Source: Marsupella aquatica (taxonomy: Eukaryota; Plantae; Marchantiophyta). Taken from it: a stretch of DNA of 64,000 nucleotides. The position numbers and the translations under genes are program-made. The notes beneath the pieces are model-generated. The model searched no databases. It had not been told where the DNA came from and was given only the letters and a program-made list of their open reading frames with translations. Where the stretch lies: NCBI GenBank assembly GCA_973895155.1, contig OZ316891.1, forward strand, positions 26,343,972 to 26,407,971. The letters run 5' to 3'. Below are positions 53,680-64,000 of this stretch, piece after piece (the stretch's first letter is position 1; the number at the start of each line of letters is the position of its first letter).

Positions 53680-54950
53680 GTAAGGAAAAGGCTCGGTCTA
53701 AGTCTAGATCTAAGTCTAGAGAGAAATCTCTAGAAAAAAAACTGGTTATATGCTGGAAATATAATAAGTCCGACTATATGAAAAAATATTGTCGAGTCAA
53801 GCAGACTAATCAACCATGAGCAAATGCAGCAATTGATGTTGATATGATTTACTTGCTCGATAATGAAATCTTGTAAAATCAAGATGTTGTCCTTTGTAGT
53901 TTATCTAGAAACAGCTATGATGAATGGATTTTGGATTGTACCTGTACATATCATATAACATATAAAAAAAAGTTTGTCAGTTTTTACTAGGTATCAAACG
54001 GTTCAGTATTGATGGGGAATGATCACCTTTGTCAAATTATTGGAATTTGATCTGTAAAGATTCGGATGTTTGATGAAGCTGTGCGGACAATGAAAGATGT
54101 TAGACACATTCTTGACATGAAAAAGATCTTGATTTTGTTAGGAATGTTGGAAGCGAATGAACATCAATAGAGTTCTGTTGATGGTGTACTTCAGGTGTCA
54201 ATGAAAGACAAAATTGTCCTGAAGGGTAAGCGGCATAATAAGCTCTATTTATTGGAGGGTAACTTAATCAGTGACGAAGCTAATGTAACTAGAACTCGTG
54301 AAGAGATGACTCGATTGTGACATTAGAGATTGGGACACATGAATGAAAAAGGCTTGGCAATCCTTTATAGGAAATGACTTATTTCTAATTTGGAATCATC
54401 TAAGTTAGACTTTTGTGAACATTGTGTGTTTGGGAAGCAGCACAGAAGAACCTTTGGTGTTGGAACTCACAATGCCAAAGCTATACTTGAGTATACATAG
54501 TGATGTATGGGGTCCAACCCCAATTTCCTCACTTTTTGGAAAATTGTACTATGTCACGTTCATTGATGATTACTCACGATATGTGTGGATCACATTTGTA
54601 CACGTTAGTCTGAAGTTTTTAGCACTTTTAAGAAGTGGAAAGCCCAAATTGAGAATCAGACTGTCCGATCCAAGGTGAAATATATGTGATTTGGATACGG
54701 CAGGGAGTACGGTTCCCATAAATTTGAACTATACTATGTAGAGTAAAGAATTACTCGTCATCTCACAACAATTTATACTCCTCAATAAAATGGTGTTTTT
54801 GAGCGGCTAAACCAAATACTATTGGAGCGCGATTGAGGAGTATGTTGAAGCTATAATTACGGTAATTTATTTGGTAAATCTTTCTCCTTCAAGTGCAATC
54901 AATTTCAAGATGTCGTTTGGAGTGAGGTATGGACGGCAAACAGACTATCT
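53680..54950 (+). pseudogene. Second Copia remnant (gag end, protease, integrase), related to the element at 17589-21027
   Basis: RSKSRSKSR, decayed zinc knuckle, EWILDCTCTYH, RLGHMNEKGL, HSDVWGP and YYVTFIDDYSRYVW. Many stops. Confidence 0.88.
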
Positions 54951-54959
54951 TTGGAAATG

Positions 54960-55560
54960 ACCAACTCCAATCCAGAATAGAGATTAGGTCTTGATCTATG
55001 AAGGAGGATGGAACAACAACATTCTACTCTGAAGAAGTTTGCATGTCATTGGAGAGGACCTTTTATGATGGAGGAGGTTCGTCCTAATGCAACATATGTG
55101 GTAAGAGAACTTGATGAAGCCAATTCATCGTAATCCCTATGGAGGGAAGCTAGTGAAATTGTTTAAACGATGAACTCGATTTGTGATAGAGGAAGAGTTT
55201 GAACCAGACGACTATGAGGCTTTAGATGAAGAAGACATATAGTGATTCTAGGTGTGGTGCATACTGGAGAATGCAAAGTTGTGGTAGAGATGATGTATTG
55301 TGATTTTCTCTTAATATATGAAAAATTGTTTATTTTAATATATTATAGATTTATATAAGTAGTTTAGTAGTTACATTATTAGATTTAGACTTTAATAATT
55401 TCTTTAGCTATAGTATACAGACTACAATAGTTCCATCAACTATAATAGTTTCACCACGTATAGTAGTTTCATCAACTATAGTAGTTTCAATGCACAGCAG
55501 TTCCACTAATGCATAGTAATTCCACCAACGCACAGTAGTTTTACCAACTATGAACAATAC
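54960..55560 (+). mobile_element. Gypsy integrase C-terminal remnant, followed by a purine tract and a probable LTR start (TGT at about 55294) with short AGTAGTTTCACCAAC-type repeats
   Basis: LKKFACHWRGPFMMEEVRPNATYVVRELD is a typical Gypsy IN C-terminal W.GPF...Y motif. Confidence 0.65.
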
Positions 55561-56944
55561 TAGCACACTTATAGGTAGTTGAGTTTGCCACTTGGCTTTG
55601 ATCCGAGTGTTTGGGCTTGATCCATGCCCTCTTGGTGAGCACTATAATTAAAGTGGAGAGGGACACTCTTCCCTCATTTCGTAGTTTTTATCAATCAAGG
55701 TTGTAAAGTTTTTTGTGCCTTAAACATAGTAAATATGACGTCCTTTGGCTCAGATAGCAAATGAATGAGTAGTAGACTTATAGATGGAACCTTAGGAAAT
55801 AAGGTCTCTTTGGGAATTAGAGGTGGGGTGTTTTTTGGCCCAGATAGCAAAAGAATAAGAGAGTCATCATGAATCCAGGAGATAGAGCTATCCCTTATCT
55901 TCCCCTTTGTAATCTATTTTTTATTAGAGTCCATCTTTTAGACAAGTCATCTATGATGCAACATTTAACCTATCATTTTGGAGCTTAGTTTGCAATTGTT
56001 GTTATGGATTCTAACGAGCCAATAGTATACCCAGTAATGTCGTACCGAGAGAAGTGAGAGTGCATTATCTTTGTCTTTTATTGAAGTCATGGATCTGAAT
56101 AGGAGGTCTGCAAGTATGGTGAAATAGGATTTAACAATATATTAGTTTCACCTAAACCTTTCTTAATATCCACTACCCTTGTTACTAGAATTATCATTTG
56201 GGTTTTAGTGTAGAACTTATGGGCATGTAAGGTTAACTTCATAAGAGCCAACATGCTCTTACCAGAAAACACGATCACCCGGACACTGTCTCACATGGTA
56301 TTCAAAGAGGCCAACATGATAGAGCTGATCCTTCTGATAATACATAACGAAGAGCATACGTCTGAGTCACCTATATTGGATATCATGGACTATATGTTTT
56401 ACTCCAAATATTACACACTGGATGAAGTCACACTATTGACTAATGACACTACAGTCGCTACTTCTATTAAGGTTGAGTATCCAATAGACACACAAACGAT
56501 ATTGGAGAAGACACATATTTGGATGATGAAAGCGCTAGAGTACTCTGCAGCGCACAATCAAGATACGCTGCACACCCACTCCATTGCTTCTTCAGTATCC
56601 AGTAGGCCATCGGGCTTGAAACTGTCCTCAAGTGTAGATTACGAGTACACAAGTATGTATTAGGGTTTAGGGTTCCTCAAGTGGCAACCCCCTCATGATG
56701 GGAGCTGGACTTAGACTAATGGCCACCAGCCCTTGTCTTGGACAGGTGGTGATAAATGAACCAACACAAAGTGAGTCGCGAATACAACTTTCACCCACTC
56801 GTAATTGCTCCGGCGTTGCCTAACTCCAGCATTGAGCTCCTCTTAGATTTGCTACCATCATGGCCATTAGGGATGCGACTAACAAAGAGGATGCTAGTCA
56901 GAGCAAGGACAAGACTTGAGAAGAGCGCGCTCCAATTAACTTTA

Positions 56945-57570
56945 TTGGGCCCATTGCCGATCATGGAAATATGAACTATTTTTCTTACAGATCACCATAG
57001 GGGCCCGAGAAGCCCCACATGAGCCCGATCATGGGGCCGCATATTTCTCGGCCAACGGACCCAGGGGCCAAAAGTTATGACCGACTCAAGCCGCATACTT
57101 GTAATTTGGGCCCGTTGCCGATCATGGAAAAATGAACTATTTTTCCAACGGATCACCATAAGGGCCCAAGAAGCTCCACATGAGCCCAATCATGGGGCCG
57201 CATATTTCTCGGCCAATGGACCCAGGGGCCAAAAGTTATGGCCGACTCGAGCCTCATGCTTGTAGTTTGGGCCCGTTGCCGATCATGGAAAAATGAACTA
57301 TTTTTCCAACGGATCACCATAGGGGCCCGAGAAGCCCCACATGAGCCCGATCATGGGGTCACATATTTCTCGGCCAACGGACCCAGGGGCCAAAAGTTAT
57401 GGCCGACTCAAGCCGCATACTTGTAGTTTGGGCCCGTTGCCAATCACGGAAAAATGAACTATTTTTCCAACGGATCACCATAGGGGCCTAAGAAGCCCCA
57501 CATGAGCCCAATCATGGGGTCGCATATTTTTTGGCCAACGAACCTAGGGGCCAAAAGTTATGGCCGATTT
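56945..57570. repeat. 161-bp tandem repeat, about 4 copies
   Basis: TTGGGCCCGTTGCCGATCATGGAAAAATGAACT recurs at about 56945, 57106, 57267 and 57428. Confidence 0.93.
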
Positions 57571-59170
57571 AGACTCAATTAGAGTCGTCGCGCATCGATG
57601 GACCAAGAAGGGGTTGTCTGGACCAGGGGGGTTGCCTGGACCAGAGCGGGGTTAGGGCCGTAACTTTTAGCCCCTTATGCCACAATTTGCGCTCGAGGCC
57701 AAGTTACATAAGGTTTTCAATTATCTTCGTTTCGAGCTAAGTGGCGGGGCCCACGGACCCTCGGGTAGGGGGCCAAAGATAGGGGACCAAAGCTGGTCCG
57801 GGGTGGCAGGTCCCCAGAAGCATATATGAGGGGAGTGGTCCTCTCAAGTTTGAGCTCGAGCTGATCGCGATCAACGAAGATACGTCGTTTCGAGTTTTGA
57901 AGCGGAAACAAACATAACTCGATGACCGGATCTCCGTTGGGGGAGTTCTTGGGCTCGTTGGAAAGCTAATGAAGAAAGCTACCTCATGGTGCTCTCTGAT
58001 TGTGCATTGAATGATTTTGGTTTTGAGGCTTGCAATGGGAGGAGTCCCTCTTGCCGATCCGAAGTCGAACAGTGACCAAACCGCATTTGGTTCCCACGGG
58101 GACCTGATGTTGGAGAGATAGAACCAAGTAGACTCTGGGGGCTGCCATTGAGATCTGGTCCCGATGCATGGTGAGAGGTTGAGCGGAACCCGATTTCGCA
58201 GAGAGGTGGCTAAGATCTAGAAACTGAATGGTCCCGACGTGTTACTACTAGTTTGTGACAAACTGAGTTTGGGCCATGGGCATGTCCTGGAGGCAGGGCG
58301 GTCAGCCATTGACGGGTAGAAAGTGGGGAAGCTTGGGCGACATCCGGTAGATAGACTATTCCAGACGAACAATGATGTCGACCTTAGTTTCAGCTTATGG
58401 CAAGGCCATGCGGGCCTGGGAGGCTCTATCCGCTGACCTACTTACTAACGACTGTTGAGCTTGATGCAAGACAATGGTTTTGGGAGTTCCGAGATCAAGA
58501 CGAGTTCTTATCGGTTGGTTGGTTGCTTGTGCAGATAGCAAAGACCGTTGAGCGACGGTTGTGCTGACGAGGGCAAGTGCGGCTTCGTATGGGAGGGGTC
58601 GCTAACGACAAGGAGTATAGTCGGGGAGAACTTGCCCCAACATTCCGTGTTAGTGCAAGGTTCGACTTGTTTCAAGGCTAAGAAACGAGTTTGGACGGAC
58701 ACGTGGTGGGAGGGCCACCACTAAGTGTGAAGGATCAACTCTCAACATCCATTTAAAGATAGGGGTCATTTGGCCCCTCTCTTCTTGATGCCTCCCCCTC
58801 CCTAGATAGGCCGGTAGGTAGGAGTAGGCCCATAGAATTATGGTTAGACCCACTTGGATGTGCTGCTAACTGAACATGCCCCTGGGTGGCACAATGCTTG
58901 TCTGTGGAGATTCCGTAGATAAGAAGACCCGAATCAGCAGGCTCCGACATTTATCCGGATTCCTTCTGTGTTGTAAGAAATGATGAAACGACCCACCTTG
59001 GCCCAGGCAAAAAAGGCAGGGAGGTGTCCCTACTCAGGATTATTGACCCGTGTGCATCATGGAGTGAACCGGCCATTTGAAAGTCCCTCGAAGTAAAGTT
59101 CCCGGTGGACCTCCTTCCTCGCATTCTTGTGGTGAAGCGATGATTTTGCCGAGGAAAGAACTTTATTATT

Positions 59171-62100
59171 ATGGCCGTTCGCACTGATGCCTTTGCTACC
59201 TTGGCTCCTCAGTTCAAGCAGTTATTTACCCGAGTATTCCCAGTGGCCTGTAGGGGGAGCCGGTCCCCGCCCCCTTGTAAACTATTAACGATTGTCCTGA
59301 CAGTTTCCAGAGCGAAGTCCCTGACCCCACTCATCCAGGTTACCTTTGCGTCCCTCAATGTTAATGGTCTTCGAGCCAAGTTGAAACAAGTTCGGCACCA
59401 AGCCTTGGAGGATGAATGGAGTGTGTTTGGGCTCCAAGAAACACTACTCCCATCGTCCCGTCCTCCATGTCTTGGGCATTTGAAGTTAGTCTCTCCTAGA
59501 TCAGACCGCCCCAGCGTGAGGGGAGTTGCCTTGGCGGTCAGGAAGGGACTTTGCTCTACGATCCACTTCTTGGATCCCAACTTCATCATTGCGGTAGTTA
59601 CGTTCGCGGGGTTATCTCAACGTACCTGGCTCATTGCTACAGTGTATGTCCCGTGCATCCGAGTAGAAGCGGATGCACGAACTAATATGCTTGCAAGGTT
59701 GGAAATTGCCTGTCAGACTCTTATCACACGGTGTCGTGATAACTTTGGTGCAAATAGTACACCTAAGTTACACGGGTATATTTTGGGTTTGCAACATCTC
59801 GACTTAAGATGACAAATAAGACCATAAGTCGGGTACCTATGCTTGTAGCGGGTTGCCGATTCATAAAGAAACAAGGAACGAGAGGAGGAGGCAACAACTC
59901 TAAGGCAAGAAAGCAGCAATGGACAGAGTGCACGGGGCGCCAGTTGGATTTTCAAATCACGTTGAATTTCAGTTTTGGGTTATGGAGAAAGTTCATTTTC
60001 GGCAATTCATCGTGCATCACTTTGGTGTGCGATTCCTTCGGGAGGTTGAAGAATCCGCTCAACCTTTGTTCTTACCCACGCTTACATATGCACATAAGTG
60101 GGTTATATGTTTTTATGTTTTAACATAGTAGCTAGTTTGGTGATTCATCATGCCTAATTATAAAATTTAGGCATCCTATGATGGGTTAGAGTGACAACAA
60201 AGCACTTCTAAATAAAGTATTGTGGGCTATAGAAATAATTATCATAAACTAGAGTATAGGCCTACTAGGTGGCTTTACTTTTCCACTAGATTTGTGACAT
60301 AGCAAAATATATAGGGATACGTGGCATACATGTGTAAAAAGGCCTTGCATGATTGCATGTCCATTTAGAATCAAGCACATGGCCAATTAGGTGTCGAAAG
60401 GAGGATAAGCATGAAAACATGCCCAATAGCATTCAAACACCTTGTTGTTTACATGTTCAAATATTATTGGACCATGTGTATCAAAGGGGTGAGTCATTAC
60501 CCCTCCAAAACACTATAAATAAGAGGCCTGCCCCTTGGGGGTGGCATGGTGAGTTTTCTTTGTTATTCCAAACTTATGTGCAAGAATAGTGTGGGAAGTA
60601 TAAGAATTCATAGAATGTGCTTGGAAGCTAGAGATGTGACATTAGTAAAAAGTTATTAAATAGTAAAAGTTGTACTATATAGGAAATCATTATGATATAT
60701 TTTTCTTAGGGAAATAGTATTCTAACTTTGATCACCTTGATGAGCACACCAAGTTTGCTTTTGGAATCACTTGATTTTGGTATAATACTAGAAAGTTATG
60801 ATGACTTGAAGGTTTAGATTATGCTCAAATAGAACCATATTTTTCTGAGTTTGAATATTGCTTGTAATATTTTCCTAGAATAAGATGTATATTTGAAATT
60901 TTTTCCTGAAAATAGACAAGAAGCTATGTCATGCCTAGGAAAAATTTTCGAGGGTATATCTATCTTTAATTGAGATATATAGTATGGTGACGGTGATAGG
61001 GTCTTCATAGCCTGCAATCTAGATAGGTCCACCATTTTTCTTTGTACCTATTGATGGAGATAGAGTTTTGACTCGAACCTTTGAGGGATGATAGGATAGT
61101 AAGTACTTGGCTTGTTTGATATGGTACAAAGGAAATTGACAATCGTAGGTGAATTTCCTATGTTCAAAAAGCTTGTACTATGATTCTGAATTACAAGATG
61201 GACCTCAATAGAGTTCCTAGGCCTAATTTTAGTATAGATTGTAATGTTCGGGTGATATGTCACCAAAAAACTGAGTTTCAAGCCTTCATCATCAGAAACT
61301 TTGGGGAGTCGGCATATACCATGATCATTTCATCCCCGATTCCATTCGTTGTTCCCATGACAATTGAGTGATTTCGGGTAATGATCGAAGTGTTTTATTA
61401 GCACGTCGTAGCACATTGTTCTTCCGACAGACAGAAGCCCGGGCTTTCCCGACATCGCCCACAAACTTCACGACAACGGTATCCACTACGACCCTTTATC
61501 ATTATGGGAGACTTCAATTGCCATCCGTAGAACATGGTCGACCTTGTTTCCAATCTGGCCCCTTCTCTCTACTGGCTTGCACCTAGTGGGGACGTGCGCT
61601 CGTACCGCAGTAGGGTGAATCCTCAGGTTACGAGCGGCATTGCCCCGATGTCATATTCCCTAGACCATTGCGTTGCCAATCGATCGGCCAGGAGATTCCT
61701 TTTGGCCCCTACTGTTGACCGCACTATTGATATCGCCGATCATTACCCGATCGTGATTAAAGTCGAGAAACTGATGACCCTCGACCAGGACTTGTTACCA
61801 CCCAAAAATCGGTTTGACAAAAGAGGCTTGCGTTTCATGGACACCGAGTGCTTAATGCAGGATAGAAGATGTGAGAGGCTGCTCCAAGAGAATACACCTT
61901 CGACAGGCGAGGTGTTTGAGACCATGAACATGGTGGCTAAGTCTGCTCGCCTCATCCGGCCAATACGGCCCCATAAAGTCAGGGCTTTGGACCTCTTGCT
62001 CCGACGACTATTAAGGAGGCGCCGCTCCCTCTTCGTCCGATACTTCAATGGGCTCTCCATGGGGAGCCCAACCTACCTTGGCATACACCCAGTACCTCCA

Positions 62101-62432
62101 GATTTGGACCCGATATACTAATCGGGTCCGAACTTTATGGAACAAACACTTTAGTGACCGCCTTGAGGTTGACATCTCTTTGATTCAGGAATGTGATTTT
62201 GGGGGGTTCTAAAAATGGATTCGATCACTCTCAAGGAATGGACGTAACTACTTCATCTCGCAAATTAGCCCCGTCATTGGGGCTGATGGGGTTCTTGAGG
62301 TTGAGACGGATCCAATCATTGCGGTTTAGCACAAATATTGGACTCCTTGTACGCTTACACATCTCCGCCGAATATTGAGGACTTATGGCGACAACGCGAA
62401 GCTAGTGTCCCGCAGCGACCCAGGTTGCGGGA
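59171..62432 (+). mobile_element. LINE ORF2 5' part (APE endonuclease), interrupted by a solo LTR and cut by a Copia at 62433; ORF1 remnants probably lie at about 58250-59170
   Basis: SLNVNGL, GLQET, RGVALAV, ATVYVP, IIMGDFN (after removing the insert), SLDHCV and ADHYPI motifs. Confidence 0.85.
59732..61475. mobile_element. Solo LTR (1744 bp) inserted in the LINE endonuclease
   Basis: Ends TGTCGTGA / TCACGACA with a 4-bp TSD ACGG (59728-59731, 61476-61479). Excision restores LITRYPLRPFIIMGDFN in frame. Confidence 0.88.
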
Positions 62433-62759
62433 TGTAGGATCGAAACGGACAGCATGATGTCTCATAATCGTCAGTCGTACAATACTTCGGTACACCGACA
62501 CAAAGATATGTGGTTCACCCCCCGTCTGGGCTATGTCCACGGCCGCACCCAGAGTTTCACTATGAACACAAAAAGTACATATCACCATAGCTCCATGGTC
62601 CAAGCTCTCTCTCTCTTTCTCACAAAGTTCTCAACTAAGTGTTCTCTCTCCATGGGACACCAAGAGGGTTATCCTTTCATGAAGAGTCTAGTCAACTAAT
62701 GTTAACTTTGGTTAACTTACTCTAGTTAACCTAGCCAAGGTTGAGTCAAAACCCTAACA
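62433..62759 (-). repeat. 3' LTR of the third Copia element (327 bp), with the polypurine tract at about 62761-62770
   Basis: Minus strand reads AAAGGGGAGT then TGTTAGGG...GATCCTACA. It shares CCGTGGAC.TAGCC...GAACCAC.TATCT with the LTR split by the CACTA element. Confidence 0.85.
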
Positions 62760-62804
62760 AACTCCCCTTTGACTCTAGCCTTGAGCTAGCTGCTAGCAAT
62801 CTAA

Positions 62805-64000
62805 AGCTAAGATCTACAGTGAATTGCAATGTCTTGTAAAATCACCATGAGGAATAACCTTGGTTAACATGTCAACTGGATTGAGTTTACCCTCAATCTT
62901 GACTAGCTCAACCTTTCCTGCTCACACTGCCTGTCTGATGAAGTGATACCGGATATCTATGTGTTTAACTCTGTCATGTGTCATTTGGTTGGCAGCAATG
63001 TGTAAAGCACTATTGCTATCACAATGGAGAAGCACAATGCGTTGTGTAATCCCCAAATCTTTCACCAAGTTGCTTAACCAAATCGCTTCCTTAGTTGCTT
63101 CAGCTGCTGCCACATATTCAGCTTCAATAGAAGATTGAGATATGCATTTATGCTTTGTGGACCTCCAACTCACACATCCACCCGCAAGAGTGAAAGTGTA
63201 TCCTGAGGTGGACTTCCTCTGGTCCAAATCTTCTCCATAGTTAGAGTCCACATAGCCAATCAATGATTCTGCATCTTCACTGTGTGCATCAAACAACAGT
63301 CCAACAGTAGAGGTTCCCTGCAGATAACGTAGTATCCACTTCATTGCTTCCCAATGTATCTTTCCTGGATTAGCCATGTACCTGCTCACCAATCCAACAG
63401 CATGTGCTATATCGAGCCTGATATAAACCATAAGATACATTAAATTACCCACAGCACTATCATAGGGAACCTTAGACATATGACCTCTCTCAATTGCATC
63501 TGTGGGGCAGGATACAACTTAAAGCTTAAAATGTGATGCCAAAGGAGTACTCACAGACTTGGCACTTGCCATATTGAACTTGACAAGAACCTTATTAGTG
63601 TACTTACTTTGTGTCAACCACAATTTGCCATTTTGCCTATCCCTATGAATTTCCATGCCCAATATGCACTTAGCAGCACCCAAATCTTTCATACTAAACT
63701 CAGAGCTCAATTGAGCTTTCAGCTTAGTAATGTCAGATTTATTCTTTGCTACTATGAGCATATCATCCACATAAAGAGCTAGCAAGATAAAACCAAAAGT
63801 TTTATCATTCACTCTTTTCATGTATAGACAGCAGTCATGCACACTTTGAATAAATCCAAGTAACAACATAAAGTCTTTGAACCTCTTATTCCACTATCTT
63901 GGACTCTGTTTCAATCCATACAAGGATTTTAACAGCTTGCACACCAGATGCTCCTTGCCTCTTTTGACATACCCTTCAGGCTGTCTCATGAAGATCACCT
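62805..64000 (-). pseudogene. Copia RT and RNase H (third copy), running off the window
   Basis: LLKSLYGLKQSPR*W, LYVDDML, MKDLG, GYVDSNY..D.RKSTSG, EAEY, CDS.SA and KHIDIRYHFIR. One stop and frameshifts. Confidence 0.93.

Noticed and set aside
56087-56663. 136-aa ORF and a possible PBS (TGGCAACC at about 56682)
   Set aside because: No recognisable domain, and I could not match the sequence to a tRNA 3' end with confidence.

Overview
This is eukaryotic, land-plant genomic DNA (probably a non-seed plant, which is an inference): a repeat-dense region with one multi-exon host gene. (1) 1-21000 is a nest of transposons. A degenerate minus-strand Ty3/Gypsy element is cut at about 5480 by a Ty1/Copia element. 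The Copia 5' LTR is split by a complete 9.6-kb CACTA/En-Spm element (5648-15276, TIR CACTACAACA, TSD GTA), and the Copia body carries Mutator-type MITEs. (2) 21000-38800 holds TE-gene remnants, mini- and microsatellites, a fold-back and LINE debris. (3) 39382-47960 (minus strand) is a 13-exon coiled-coil protein gene with an antisense ORF in intron 1. (4) 50800-64000 holds LTR remnants, a second Copia, a 161-bp tandem array, a LINE interrupted by a solo LTR, and a third Copia. The top finding is an intact SET-domain (lysine methyltransferase-like) exon inside intron 1 of the CACTA transposase gene. Its splice phase matches that of the transposase exon 2, so one Zn-finger first exon can apparently be spliced either to the SET domain or to the transposase. 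All calls are from motif recognition by eye; no searches were run.
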